Counted from the first letter of the stretch, positions 1 to 10,368 are shown. The stretch is DNA of 36,175 nucleotides from Candidatus Eiseniibacteriota bacterium (GCA_044229145.1 JBGATO010000037.1:1-36175); one strand, 5' to 3'. The notes: generated from the sequence alone by a model not told the origin. Numbers and translations: made by a program.

Positions 1-1137
1 GGGGCGTCCCGCCACACGGTACATCGCTTCCACCAGGTCGCGCGTCGCGTGCGGCTTGGCGGCGGCGCGGGCCGCGGCGCTCATCGCCGCGCGGCGCGCC
101 GGATCCGCGAGCAGCCGCTCGATGGCCGCGACCAGCGTCGCCGCGGTGAGATCGCGGTCCGCGATCACCTCGGCGGCGCCCTGCCGCTCGAGGTCGCGCG
201 CGTTCGCCATTTGGTGATCGTGCGCGGCGTAGGGATACGGCACCAGCACGGCGGGCAGGCCGCACGCGGTGATCTCGGCGAGCGTCATCGCGCCGGCGCG
301 GCACACCGTGCAGTCGGCCAGCGCGTAGGCGCCGATCATGTCCTCCACGAACGCCGCGACGTGTGCCCGCAGACCGGCGGCGCGGCAGGCGGCCGCCACT
401 TCGGCTTCCATCGCGGCGCCGGTCTGCACCACGAACTGCACGTCGCCGCAGCGCCGCGCAAGTTCCGGCGCGGCGTCGCGCACCGCCGCATTGAGGCTGC
501 GGGCGCCGAGGCTGCCGCCGAAGATGAGCACGGTGGTGCGTGTCGCGTCGAGTCCGAATCCCGCCGCCGCCGCCGCGCGATCGCCCGCGGCGATGCCGGC
601 GCGCAACGGATTACCGGTAAGCCGCACGCGGTCGCGTTGCCGCGGGAACCAGGCTTGCGCCGCCGGAAACGCGGTGTGGATCTCGCGCGCCGCGCCTGCC
701 AGCAGACGGTTGGCGATGCCCGGCGTCGCGTTCTGCTCCTGGATCACCAGCGGCACCCGCCACAGGCCGGCGGCGAACAGCGCCGGCGCGCTCACGTAGC
801 CGCCGGTCCCGACGATGACGTCGGGCCGAAACGACCGCACCCGGCCGACCACCTGCGCGAAGCCGCGCGCGATGTGCGCCAGCGCCGCGAAGGCGCCGAG
901 CGTCAGGCGGCGCGGCAGGCCGCGCGCGTCGATCGTCTCGAGCGTGAAGCCGCGTCCCGGCACCACCCGCGCTTCGAGGCCGCGCGCGGTGCCGACGAAC
1001 AGGATCTCCGCGGCGGGTTCGACCCGCCGGACTTCCTCGGCCAGCGCGAGCGCTGGGTACACGTGACCGCCGGTGCCGCCACCGGCGATGAGCAGCCGCA
1101 ACGGCGCGTCGCCGCGCCTGGGCGCGCTATCCGGCAC
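1..1137 (-). CDS. murG: UDP-N-acetylglucosamine:lipid I GlcNAc transferase MurG (3' end cut by window edge)
   Basis: Not in the ORF track; translated by hand from GTG at 1137: VPDSAPRRGDAPLRLLIAGGGTGGHVYPALALA (MurG GGTGGH motif). The same frame is still coding at base 1 (...ATRDLVEAMYRVAGRP). Follows ftsW in the dcw order. Confidence 0.95.
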   Translation of the reverse strand, partial: MPDSAPRRGDAPLRLLIAGGGTGGHVYPALALAEEVRRVEPAAEILFVGTARGLEARVVPGRGFTLETIDARGLPRRLTLGAFAALAHIARGFAQVVGRVRSFRPDVIVGTGGYVSAPALFAAGLWRVPLVIQEQNATPGIANRLLAGAAREIHTAFPAAQAWFPRQRDRVRLTGNPLRAGIAAGDRAAAAAGFGLDATRTTVLIFGGSLGARSLNAAVRDAAPELARRCGDVQFVVQTGAAMEAEVAAACRAAGLRAHVAAFVEDMIGAYALADCTVCRAGAMTLAEITACGLPAVLVPYPYAAHDHQMANARDLERQGAAEVIADRDLTAATLVAAIERLLADPARRAAMSAAARAAAKPHATRDLVEAMYRVAGRP

Positions 1138-2404
1138 GCCCGCTCGCCGGCACCCCGCCCACCGCGTGGGCCCGCGCCACCGCGCGCGGCCGGCCGTGAT
1201 ACGAGATGTTGAGCAGCACACCCACCGCGAACATGTTCATGGTCAGCGCCGAACCGCCGTAGCTGATGAACGGCAGCGGCAGCCCGGTGGTCGGGATCAG
1301 CTGCGTCACCACCGCGGTGTTGAGCAGCGTGTACACCGCGAGCCCGGACGACAGCGCGATCGCCAGGTAGTAGCCGAAGTCGTCGGAAGCGAGCCGCGCC
1401 GCGCGCACCCCGCGCAGCACCAACGCGAGCAGCAGGCCGAGGATCACCGCCGGTCCCCACAGCCCGCACTCTTCGCCGACGATCGCCAGGATGAAGTCGG
1501 TGTGCGGTTCGGGGAGGAAGTAGAGCTTCTGCAGCGACGCGCCGAAGCCGCGCCCGAGCGGCCCGCCGCTGCCGAACGCGATGAGCGACTGATACACCTG
1601 CCAGCCGCTGCCCTTGATGTCGGCGGTCGGGTGCAGGAAGGTCTGCACGCGCGTCATCATGTACGGGTGCGTCAGCACCATCGCCACCGCGAGCGCGGCG
1701 GCCGCGCCGCCGACCATCAGCAGGTGCCGCCAGCGCGCGCCGGCGACGTGCAGCATGACGATCGCCACGCCGCACAGCGCCAGCGTCGAGCCGAGATTCG
1801 GCTGCTTGAGCACCAATACCGCCACCGGCCCGACGATGCAGCCGAGCGGGATCACGATGCCGCGCACGAACGACGACATCTGCGCCGGCGTCGAACGTGC
1901 CAGTTGCACGCTGAGCGCGACGTAGGTCGCGATGCGCGCCACCTCCACCGGCTGGAAGCCGAGGAACCAGCGCTGCGCGCCCTTCGCCGCGTGCCCCGCC
2001 ACGATCACGCCGATCAACAAGACGAGCGCGATGGCGAAGATCGGCTTCCAGAAGCGCTGGTAGAGCCGGTAGTCGAGCCACGCGCCGAAGCACAACACGC
2101 CGAAGCCGAGCGCGGCGCGCTGCGCCTGCTTGATCAGGTAGTCCATGTTCGACAGGTTGTGCGTGCTGGCGATGATGGCGCTCGCGGAGTAGACGGCCAG
2201 CAGGCCGATGCCGACCAGCGCGACGGTGAGCACGAACAACAGGCTGTCGGCGCGCTTGAAGGCGGCGATGTCGCCGCGCGGCGACGGCGAGACGTTCTCG
2301 CGCCACGCCGGCGTGCGGCGCGCATCCTTCGCCCACGGCCAGCGCCACGCGCGCGGCCGCCGCTGCGAGCCGCGCCATCCCGCCACCTGCCCCACCGCGC
2401 TCAT
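1127..2404 (-). CDS. ftsW: SEDS peptidoglycan polymerase FtsW
   Basis: Multi-TM protein with GAQRW, FQPVE, LPEPHTDFI and GLPLPFISYGGS motifs; lies between murD and murG. Confidence 0.95.
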   Translation of the reverse strand: MSAVGQVAGWRGSQRRPRAWRWPWAKDARRTPAWRENVSPSPRGDIAAFKRADSLLFVLTVALVGIGLLAVYSASAIIASTHNLSNMDYLIKQAQRAALGFGVLCFGAWLDYRLYQRFWKPIFAIALVLLIGVIVAGHAAKGAQRWFLGFQPVEVARIATYVALSVQLARSTPAQMSSFVRGIVIPLGCIVGPVAVLVLKQPNLGSTLALCGVAIVMLHVAGARWRHLLMVGGAAAALAVAMVLTHPYMMTRVQTFLHPTADIKGSGWQVYQSLIAFGSGGPLGRGFGASLQKLYFLPEPHTDFILAIVGEECGLWGPAVILGLLLALVLRGVRAARLASDDFGYYLAIALSSGLAVYTLLNTAVVTQLIPTTGLPLPFISYGGSALTMNMFAVGVLLNISYHGRPRAVARAHAVGGVPASGRAG

Positions 2405-3798
2405 CGCGTCCCTCCCACACGGCCGGAGGCGACCTCGGCGGCCAGACGGCGCACCGCGGCGCGGAACTCGTCGCCGCGATGCTCGTAGTCACGGAACATG
2501 TCGAAGCTGGCGCAGCCGGGCGCCAGCACCACCGGCTCGCCCTTCTCGGCCATCGCGAAGCCGGTGCGCACCGCCTCGTCGAGCGAGGCGACATCGATGT
2601 GCGGCACGGCGGGCCAGGCGCGGCGGATGGCGTCGGCGGCTTCGCCGATCAGCAGCACGGTGCTCACCTTCTCGGCGGCGAGCGGCGCGAGGCGCGCGAA
2701 GTCGCCCTGCTTGTCGCGGCCGCCGGCAATCAAGATCACCGTGCGCTCGAACGACTGCAGCGCCTTCTCCATCGCGTCGACGTTGGTGGCCTTCGAGTCG
2801 TTGACGAACGGCACGCCGCCGACCTCGCCCACCGGCTCGAGGCGGTTGTGCAGCGGCGCGAAGCTGCGCAGCCCGGCGGCGAGCGTCTCGCGCGGGATGC
2901 CGAAGTGCAGCGTCGCGGCAATGGCCGCCAGCGCGTTCTCGACGTTGTGCGGGCCGCGAATCTGCAGCTCGCTCGCCGGCAACACGGCGCACTCGGTGCC
3001 TTCGTGGCGATACCAGAGGTCCCCGCCGCGCAGGAATGCGCCGTCGCCGTCCGGTTCATGCGAGCCAAACGCCAGGATCGGCGCCGGCACCCGCGGCGCC
3101 AGCGCGACGACGCGCGGATCGCCCGCGTTGAGCACCGCGTGATCGGCGAACGTCTGGCGCTGGAAGATGCGCGCCTTGGCGTCGGCGTACGCTTCGAGCG
3201 TCTTGTGGCGGTCCAAGTGATCCGGCGTGATGTTGAGCAGCACACTCACCGCGGGATGGAAGTTCTCGCACGCTTCGAGCTGGAAGCTGCTGACCTCGAT
3301 GACCGCGACGCCGCCCGGACGCGCGTGTTCGACCTCCTGCGCGAAGGCGCGGCCGACGTTGCCGCCGACCACGGTGTCGAATCCGGCGACGCGGAACAGG
3401 TGGCCGGTCAGTTCGGTGGTGGTCGTCTTGCCGTTGGTGCCGGTGATCGCGACGATCGGGCACGGACACACGGCGGCGGCGAGTTCGATCTCGCTCAGCG
3501 TCGGGAGGCCACGCTCGCGCGCGGCGGCGAGGAACGGCGCGTCGTACGGCACGCCGGGCGACACGACGACGAGTGTCGCGCCATCGAGCAGCGTGAGCGG
3601 ATGCGCGCCGAGCGTGACGGTGGCGCCGAGCGTCTCGCACGCGGCGGCCTGCTCGGCCACCGCGTCGCGCGCGCGCATGTCGGTGACGCGGACGGTGGCG
3701 TCGTGACGGCGCAGCAAGGCGGCAGCCGCGACGCCGCTGCGCGCCATGCCCACCACCACCGCTGTCGCCCCCGCGAAGAAGGGCCGCGTCTCCGTCAT
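2401..3798 (-). CDS. murD: UDP-MurNAc-L-Ala:D-Glu ligase MurD
   Basis: GMARSG, VVSPGV, ITGTNGKTTT, EVSSFQLE, DHLDRH, NDSKATN and PGCASFDMF motifs. Confidence 0.97.
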   Translation of the reverse strand: MTETRPFFAGATAVVVGMARSGVAAAALLRRHDATVRVTDMRARDAVAEQAAACETLGATVTLGAHPLTLLDGATLVVVSPGVPYDAPFLAAARERGLPTLSEIELAAAVCPCPIVAITGTNGKTTTTELTGHLFRVAGFDTVVGGNVGRAFAQEVEHARPGGVAVIEVSSFQLEACENFHPAVSVLLNITPDHLDRHKTLEAYADAKARIFQRQTFADHAVLNAGDPRVVALAPRVPAPILAFGSHEPDGDGAFLRGGDLWYRHEGTECAVLPASELQIRGPHNVENALAAIAATLHFGIPRETLAAGLRSFAPLHNRLEPVGEVGGVPFVNDSKATNVDAMEKALQSFERTVILIAGGRDKQGDFARLAPLAAEKVSTVLLIGEAADAIRRAWPAVPHIDVASLDEAVRTGFAMAEKGEPVVLAPGCASFDMFRDYEHRGDEFRAAVRRLAAEVASGRVGGTR

Positions 3799-3808
3799 CG
3801 CACCACTC

Positions 3809-4909
3809 CTACTGCAGCTTCAGCGTGCTCAAACTCACCAGAGCGAGCAACGCGCCCACGATCCAGAATCGCACCACGACCTTCGTCTCGGACCAGCCGC
3901 CTTCCTCGAAATGGTGGTGCAACGGCGACATGCGGAAGATGCGCTTGCCGGTGAGCTTGAAGCTCGCGACCTGCAGCATCACGCTCGCCGCTTCGGCGAC
4001 GAACATGCCGCCGACGATCGCCAGCAGCACCTCGCGCTTGATCAGCACGGCCAGCACGCCGAGCGCGCCGCCCAAGGCCAGCGAGCCGACGTCGCCCATG
4101 AACACTTCCGCCTTCGGGCAGTTGTACCAGAGGAAGCCGAGCGACGCCCCCACCAAAGTGCCGGCGAAGATGGTCAACTCCCCGGCGCCCGGCAGGTACG
4201 GGATGTTCAGGTAGCCGGCGAACTTCAAGTTGCCGGAGACGTAGCACATGGCGCCGAGCGTCATCCCGGCGAGCGCCACCAGGCCGCTGGCCAGGCCGTC
4301 GAGGCCGTCGGTGAGGTTGACCGCGTTCGAGGCGCCGGCGATCACCGTCGACGCGAACACGATGTAGAAGATGCCGAGATCGACGACGCCCTTCTGCCAC
4401 TTGATGAACGGCACGTTGGTCGTCGTGGCGACGCTCGCCGGATACGGCGACCACGGCGAGGCGAACAGCACCCAGCCCACCAAGAGCCCGATGCCGTACT
4501 GCGCCACCAGCTTGTAGCGGCCCTGCAGGCCCGCCTTCTTGCCGCGCACGACGTGGAGGTAGTCGTCGAGCAGTCCGGTGCCGCCCAGCACGATGGTGGT
4601 GACGAGCGCCAGCTGCATGTAGCGGTTGGTGAGATCGCCCCACAGGAGGCTCGGCACGATCATGGCGAGCAGGATGAGCAGGCCGCCCATCGTCGGCGTG
4701 CCGGCCTTGACCTGGTGCGACTGCGGCCCTTCCTGGCGGATCTTCTGCCCGAGATTGAACTCGCGCAGCTTGCGGATGATCATCGGACCGAAGATGAACG
4801 AGATCAGCAGCGCGGTGATGGTCGCGTACGCGGTGCGGAACGTGATGTAGCGGAAGATGCGGAACGCCGGGACGAACTCGTGCAGGCGGTAGAGGAGATG
4901 GTAGAACAT
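3809..4909 (-). CDS. mraY: Phospho-MurNAc-pentapeptide translocase MraY
   Basis: KAGTPTMGG, NAVNLTDGLDGL, FMGDVGS and SPLHHHFE motifs. Start reassigned to ATG 4909 (MFYHLL), which overlaps the murF stop (TAATG). Confidence 0.97.
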   Translation of the reverse strand: MFYHLLYRLHEFVPAFRIFRYITFRTAYATITALLISFIFGPMIIRKLREFNLGQKIRQEGPQSHQVKAGTPTMGGLLILLAMIVPSLLWGDLTNRYMQLALVTTIVLGGTGLLDDYLHVVRGKKAGLQGRYKLVAQYGIGLLVGWVLFASPWSPYPASVATTTNVPFIKWQKGVVDLGIFYIVFASTVIAGASNAVNLTDGLDGLASGLVALAGMTLGAMCYVSGNLKFAGYLNIPYLPGAGELTIFAGTLVGASLGFLWYNCPKAEVFMGDVGSLALGGALGVLAVLIKREVLLAIVGGMFVAEAASVMLQVASFKLTGKRIFRMSPLHHHFEEGGWSETKVVVRFWIVGALLALVSLSTLKLQ

Positions 4910-6330
4910 TAGGGTCGTCCTCCGATCTCGTCCGCGCCCGCCGCGGAGGCCGCCGCCGCAGCGCCCGCGTCGTGTGCGGGGCTCCACCGCCGCACGAGTG
5001 TGTCCACCACGATTTCCATCGCCGCGCCGCGCGAGCCTTTGACCAGCACGACATCACCGGCGGTGACCTGTCGGTCGCAGAGTGCGGCGGCGGCGGCACC
5101 GTCGGGCACCGCGTGCGCCGTGGCGCCGGCCGCGGCGGCCATCGCCTCGGCGTACGCGCCGGCGAAGACGCAGAGGCCGGCGGAGCGCGCGGCGTCGCGC
5201 GCGACCTCGAGGTGCAGCGCGGCGGACTGTGCGCCGAGTTCGCGCATCTCGCCGAGCACGGCGACGCGCCGCGTGGCGCCGCGCCAGCCACGCAACGTGG
5301 CGAGCGCGGCGGTCATCGACGACGGGTTCGCGTTGTAGCTGTCGTCGAGCACGGTGACGGCGCCGCAGTGCAGCACGCGCGAGCGGCCACCCGGCGCGGC
5401 GACGTTGCGCATCGCCGCCACCGCCTCGGCGCGCGGCACGCCGCACGCCTCCGCGATGGCCAAGGCGTAGAGCGCGTTCTGGCGGTTGTGCAGGCCCGGA
5501 AGAGCAAGGGCCAGACGCGTCCCATCCGTGAGGACGACGTCAGCGTCGGCAGCCTCGTGGTCTTCCGGCAGCGCCACGACATCCATGTCCGCGCCGAAGC
5601 CTGCACGCACCACGCGAGCGCCCGTCCTGGACGCCGCGTTCACCAGCTCGGAATCGCCGCCGTCCACCACCAGCACGTGCTGCGCGGTGAAGCCGTCGGC
5701 GATGTGGATCTTCTCGGCCAGCACGCCCGCCCGCGAGCCCATGCCCTCGAGGTGCGCCAGACCGATGTTGGTGATGACCGCCGCGGTCGGCCGCGCCAGC
5801 GCGGCCAAGTGCGCGATCTCGCCGGGGTGATTCATCCCCATCTCGATGACCGCCGCGGTGTACGGCGCGCCGAGCCGCGAGAGCGTCAGCGGCACGCCGA
5901 TGTGGTTGTTCAGATTGCCCGTCGTCTTCAGCACGTGGAAGCGCGGGCCGAGTGCCGCGGCGACGAGTTCCTTCGTCGTCGTCTTGCCGTTGCTACCGGT
6001 GATGCCGATGACCGGCCCGGCGAACGCGGCGCGGTTGGCGGCGCCGTAAGCGGTGAGCGCGGCGAGCGGATCGTCCACCACCAGCACGCCGGGGTGCGCG
6101 GCGATCTCCGGATGCGTGGCGGCGTGCGTGGCGCCACAGAACGCCGCGGCGCCGCGCGCGAGCACCGTCTCGAGGTACGCGTGGCCGTCGGTGCGTGTGC
6201 CGGGCAGCGGCACGAAGATCTCGTCGGCCGCCGTGGTGCGCGAGTCGATGCTGGCGCCGGCGATGGCGAGCGCGGCGTTCGCATCGTCGACGCGGGCACC
6301 GGTGGCGCGGGCGATGTCGCGCAGGATCAT
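4909..6330 (-). CDS. murF: UDP-MurNAc-tripeptide:D-Ala-D-Ala ligase MurF
   Basis: IDSR, ITGSNGKTTTK, NLNNHIGVPLT, EMGMNHPGEI, DDSYNANP and LVKGSRG motifs. Start at ATG 6330 (MILRDIA), which overlaps the murE stop (ATGA). Confidence 0.96.
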   Translation of the reverse strand: MILRDIARATGARVDDANAALAIAGASIDSRTTAADEIFVPLPGTRTDGHAYLETVLARGAAAFCGATHAATHPEIAAHPGVLVVDDPLAALTAYGAANRAAFAGPVIGITGSNGKTTTKELVAAALGPRFHVLKTTGNLNNHIGVPLTLSRLGAPYTAAVIEMGMNHPGEIAHLAALARPTAAVITNIGLAHLEGMGSRAGVLAEKIHIADGFTAQHVLVVDGGDSELVNAASRTGARVVRAGFGADMDVVALPEDHEAADADVVLTDGTRLALALPGLHNRQNALYALAIAEACGVPRAEAVAAMRNVAAPGGRSRVLHCGAVTVLDDSYNANPSSMTAALATLRGWRGATRRVAVLGEMRELGAQSAALHLEVARDAARSAGLCVFAGAYAEAMAAAAGATAHAVPDGAAAAALCDRQVTAGDVVLVKGSRGAAMEIVVDTLVRRWSPAHDAGAAAAASAAGADEIGGRP

Positions 6331-7862
6331 CGCGCCGCCTCCGCCACGAAGCCACGCGTGGCGAGCGCGGCACGCGCCTCCTCGCGGTCGTCGAAGTGGA
6401 TCTTGGTGGTGCCGAGGATCTGGTAGTCCTCGTGGCCCTTCCCGGCGATCAACACACTGTCGCCCTCGCGCGCCTCGGCGATGGCGTGGCGGATGGCGTC
6501 GCGGCGGTCCACCAGGTCGATGGCGTGGCGTCCCGCCGGCACGCCGGCGAGCACCGCGCGCACGATCGCCGCGGGATCTTCGGTGCGCGGATTGTCGGAG
6601 GTAATGATGGCGATGTCGGCGAGCGTGGCCGCGAGTTCGCCCATGATCGGACGCTTGCCGGCGTCGCGGTCCCCGCCGCAGCCGACGACGCAGATCACGC
6701 GCGCGCCGGCCGGCGTGAACTCGCGCACCGCGCGCAGCGCGCGTTCGAGCGCATCCGGCGTGTGCGCGTAGTCGACGAGCACGGCGAACGGCTGCCCGGC
6801 GTGCACGCTCTCGAGGCGGCCCGGAACGCCGGCAAGCGCGCTCAGACCGCGCGCCGCATCTTCCGCATCGACGCCGAGCAGGGTCGCCGCGGCGAACGCC
6901 GCGAGCGCGTTCTGCACGTTGTGCGCGCCCGCCATCCTCAGCGCCAACGGCGTGCGGCCACCTGGGTGGCGCACCACGCAACTGGTGCCGGTGGGCGCTA
7001 GCGCGACGTCTTCGGCGGCGATGTCGGCGTCCGGGGTGCCGTAGGTCAGCACGCGAAAGCCGGACCCGCGGACGAACGCCGCGCCTTCGGGGTCGGCGAG
7101 ATTCACCACGGCGACGTCGTCGCCGGCGAACGCATCGCGCGCGAACAGCCGCAGCTTCGCGTCGCGGTACGCGTCGACGGTGCCGTGGAAATCGAGATGG
7201 TCGCGCGTGAGGTTGGTGAACACGCGCACGGCGAAGCGCGTGCCGTCGGTGCGGTGGAGCGCGAGACCGTGGCTCGACACCTCGCACGCGGCCACCTGCG
7301 CGCCGCCCTCGCGCAACCATGCGAGCAGCGACTGGAAGTGGATGGCGTCCGGCGTGGTGTGCGGCGCCTCGATGACCGTGTCGCCGAGCGTGTAGCCGAC
7401 GGTGCCGAGCACGCCGGTGGTGCGACCGCCGGCCTCGCAGGCGGCGCGCACGAGATAGCTGGTGGTGGTCTTGCCGTTGGTGCCGGTGATGCCGACGACG
7501 TCGAGTGCCCGCGAGGGCGCGTCGAAGAACGCCGCGGCCAGCGGGCCGCAGGCGACGCGCGTGTCGGATACGCGCACCACGGCGATGTCGCCGGGTACGT
7601 CGACCTCGCGATCCACCAACAGCGCCGCCGCGCCGGACGCCGCCGCCTGCGCGGCGAAGCGGTGTCCATCGACGGCAAGCCCGCGCACGCAGACGAACAG
7701 CGTGCCGGGGCCGACCTCACGCGAGTCGGCAGTCAGGTGGGTGACGGGGCGCGTCGCGATGGACGCGGCGAGTGGGGCGGCATCAGGGAGCGCGGCGGCG
7801 AGTTGCGCCAGCGCGACCGGCGAGGCGCGACGAGCGGACGGGCGGCGCACCGCCTCACTCAC
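6327..7862 (-). CDS. murE: UDP-MurNAc-dipeptide:meso-DAP ligase MurE
   Basis: GITGTNGKTTT, EVSSH, FTNLTRDHLDFH, VDYAHTPDAL and AGKGHEDYQ motifs; DNPR is the meso-DAP specificity motif. Confidence 0.97.
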   Translation of the reverse strand: MSEAVRRPSARRASPVALAQLAAALPDAAPLAASIATRPVTHLTADSREVGPGTLFVCVRGLAVDGHRFAAQAAASGAAALLVDREVDVPGDIAVVRVSDTRVACGPLAAAFFDAPSRALDVVGITGTNGKTTTSYLVRAACEAGGRTTGVLGTVGYTLGDTVIEAPHTTPDAIHFQSLLAWLREGGAQVAACEVSSHGLALHRTDGTRFAVRVFTNLTRDHLDFHGTVDAYRDAKLRLFARDAFAGDDVAVVNLADPEGAAFVRGSGFRVLTYGTPDADIAAEDVALAPTGTSCVVRHPGGRTPLALRMAGAHNVQNALAAFAAATLLGVDAEDAARGLSALAGVPGRLESVHAGQPFAVLVDYAHTPDALERALRAVREFTPAGARVICVVGCGGDRDAGKRPIMGELAATLADIAIITSDNPRTEDPAAIVRAVLAGVPAGRHAIDLVDRRDAIRHAIAEAREGDSVLIAGKGHEDYQILGTTKIHFDDREEARAALATRGFVAEAAR

Positions 7863-9948
7863 GCGCGTCCCCTCCCCGCGTCTTGTGCGACGAGGCTTGC
7901 GTCAGACGCTTCACCGCCAGCGCGGCGAGCGCGGAATCCGCGTAGGCATCCACCACCACCGGCGCGTCCGGCCGGCACCGCAACGTCACGGTACCGACTT
8001 GCTCGAGCGGCGTGCCGGGTGCCGGCGATTGTTCGAACACCACGCCCGCGCCCACCACCCGCACCGCCACGCCGGCGGTACGCAACCGCGCAAAGGCATC
8101 GCGAATCGGACGGCCCTTGAGACTCGGCAGGTACGACGGCAGCGGCTCGCGCTCCGGCGCCGCACTGGCGTCCGGGGTGAGCGCCGCCAGCGTCGACGGC
8201 GGCAGCGTGCCGGCCCAATCGCCGACGTCGGTGCCGATCTCGCGGAAATCCGGTCCCACGGGCGCGCCGGGCAAGCGGCTGATCGCCTCCATCACGCGCC
8301 GCCACACCGGCGCCGCCACCACACCGCCGTAGTGTCCGCCCGCCGAGGGTTCGTCGATCATCACGACGCAGACCAGCGCCGGCTTGTCCACCGGCACCAT
8401 GCCGACGAACGACGACAAGAACTTGCCGCTGTAGCCGCGCGATCCGATGTTGGGCTTCTGCGCGGTGCCGGTCTTGCCGGCGGCCTGTCCGAAGTCGAGC
8501 TGCGCCTGCGTCGCGGTGCCCGAATCCACCACCGCGGCGAGGAAGTCGCGCACCGTGCGCGCGGTCGCTGGCGACACCACACGGCGCACCGCGCGCACCG
8601 GATTCTCGCGCAGCACCGTGCCGTCGTCGGCGACGAAGCCCTTCACCAACCGCGGCGCCATCAGCACGCCGTCGTTGGCGATCGCGGCGTACGCCATCGT
8701 CAGCTGCAGCGGCGTCACCGCCACCGACTGTCCGATCGCCACGCGCGTGAGCTCGACCGGCACGAGTTCTTCGAGCGTCTTCACATCGCCGCGTGCCTCG
8801 CCTTCGAGGCCGATGCCGGTGCGCTCGCCGAAGCCGAACAGCCGCAGGTAGCGGTCGTAGCGTTCGCGGCCGAGCATGAGCGCGACCTTGGCGCTGCCGA
8901 CGTTGCTGCTCTTGGCGATCACCTCGCGGAAGCTGATGACACCGTGCCCGCCGTGCGCATCGTGCAGCGGCCGGCCGCCGGGGCAGCCGGTCCAGTTGCC
9001 GCGCTCGCAGTCGATGCGGGTGTCGGGCGTGACCGTGTGTTCCTGGATCGCCGCGCAGGCGACCACCAGCTTGAAGGTCGAGCCGGGCTCGAACTGATCG
9101 GCGATGGCCTTGTTGCGCGGCAGGCGACCCGGCGCGTCATCGTCGTGCGACACGCTCACCAACGCGAGCACGTCGCCCGTCTCCGGCGCGACGATGATGC
9201 CCATGCCGCCCTTGGCCTTGTGCTCGGCCACCGCGTCGCGAATGTTCTGCTCGATGATCGCCTGATAGGCGGCGTCGAGCGTCAGTTCGAGACCGCGGCC
9301 CTGCTGCGGCGCCGACACGCGCTGATGGAGCGCCGGGTAGATCTGGTTCTTGCCGTCGCGTAACACCGTCGCCCACCCGGGCGCACCGCGCAGCTCAGTG
9401 TTGTAGGCGTATTCGAGCCCTTCGATGCCGATGCCATCCGGGTTCGTCTTGCCGAGCACGCACCGCGCGAGGTCGGCGTAGGGGTACACGCGCTCGGTGC
9501 CGTAGGTCAGGTAGAGTCCGAGATTGCGCCGATGGCGCGTCCACGCAGTGAGCGAATCGCGCAGCGAACGCTCGGCTTCCGGCGCGATGCTGCGCGCCAC
9601 CCGCACGTAGCTGCCGCGGCGCGCGAACACGGTGGCGAGCGAGTCGGCATCGAGGCCGACGGCGGAGGCGACGATCGCGGCCGTGCGGGCCGGATCGGTC
9701 ATCAGGCTGGGATAGGCTTCGACGCCGCAGCGGTCGAGATCGTGGGCGAGGATGTGGCCGTCGCGGTCGAGGATCGCGCCGCGCGGCGGCCGCAGTTCCT
9801 TACGCTTGGTTTGCTGCGCCTCGGCGAGTTGCTTCCAATACCCATGCCGGACGACTTGCAGGTCGACCAACCGGCCGACCAACACGAGCCACGCCAGGCC
9901 CAAGGCCACGATGAGAAGGACGAGACGACGCTCGCGTGCTGCGTCCAT
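7855..9948 (-). CDS. ftsI: Class B penicillin-binding protein FtsI (PBP3) with C-terminal PASTA domain
   Basis: N-terminal TM, RGAILDR, STFK (SxxK), SSN (SxN) and KTGT motifs; PASTA-like tail LPSLKGRPIRDA...EQSPAPG. Confidence 0.95.
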   Translation of the reverse strand: MDAARERRLVLLIVALGLAWLVLVGRLVDLQVVRHGYWKQLAEAQQTKRKELRPPRGAILDRDGHILAHDLDRCGVEAYPSLMTDPARTAAIVASAVGLDADSLATVFARRGSYVRVARSIAPEAERSLRDSLTAWTRHRRNLGLYLTYGTERVYPYADLARCVLGKTNPDGIGIEGLEYAYNTELRGAPGWATVLRDGKNQIYPALHQRVSAPQQGRGLELTLDAAYQAIIEQNIRDAVAEHKAKGGMGIIVAPETGDVLALVSVSHDDDAPGRLPRNKAIADQFEPGSTFKLVVACAAIQEHTVTPDTRIDCERGNWTGCPGGRPLHDAHGGHGVISFREVIAKSSNVGSAKVALMLGRERYDRYLRLFGFGERTGIGLEGEARGDVKTLEELVPVELTRVAIGQSVAVTPLQLTMAYAAIANDGVLMAPRLVKGFVADDGTVLRENPVRAVRRVVSPATARTVRDFLAAVVDSGTATQAQLDFGQAAGKTGTAQKPNIGSRGYSGKFLSSFVGMVPVDKPALVCVVMIDEPSAGGHYGGVVAAPVWRRVMEAISRLPGAPVGPDFREIGTDVGDWAGTLPPSTLAALTPDASAAPEREPLPSYLPSLKGRPIRDAFARLRTAGVAVRVVGAGVVFEQSPAPGTPLEQVGTVTLRCRPDAPVVVDAYADSALAALAVKRLTQASSHKTRGGDARE

Positions 9949-9975
9949 GCCGCACCTGACGATGACTCCGGGGCC

Positions 9976-10368
9976 TTACTTCGAGGAGCGGACGCGGGCG
10001 TCCACCGAGGGGAGCAGCGCGTTCATCACGCGCTCGGGCAGCGTGGCTTGCGCCAGCTGCGTGCCGGCGCTGTGCGCGGCCGGCGTACGCACATCGATCA
10101 TCACGACTTGGTCGGCGCTGGGCTCCTGAAAGCCGAGGTCGGCGGCGTCGTGCACTTTTCGCTCGGAGAGCGCGTCGCTCTCGCGCACCGCATTCTTCTT
10201 CACTTCGAGGTCGCGCTGCAGCGTGCGGATGCTGTCCTGCATCTTCGCTTCGCGGCGCGCCAGCGCGGCGACGTACGCGTTCTGCCAGATCGACAGCACG
10301 ATGGTGACGAACAGCACCGACGCGAGCACCATCCAGCGTCGAGTGTGGGCCTCACGACTTCCTGTCAT
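9976..10368 (-). CDS. ftsL: Cell division protein FtsL-like
   Basis: Short protein with one TM (WMVLASVLFVTIVLSIW) then a coiled coil ending in A..LGF..P. Sits between rsmH and ftsI; ATG 10368 overlaps the rsmH stop (ATGA). Confidence 0.75.
   Translation of the reverse strand: MTGSREAHTRRWMVLASVLFVTIVLSIWQNAYVAALARREAKMQDSIRTLQRDLEVKKNAVRESDALSERKVHDAADLGFQEPSADQVVMIDVRTPAAHSAGTQLAQATLPERVMNALLPSVDARVRSSK

Noticed and set aside
4909..7862. Possible MurE-MurF fusion suggested by the 803-aa ORF
   Set aside because: murE and murF are in different frames, with a normal ATGA stop/start overlap at 6327-6330.
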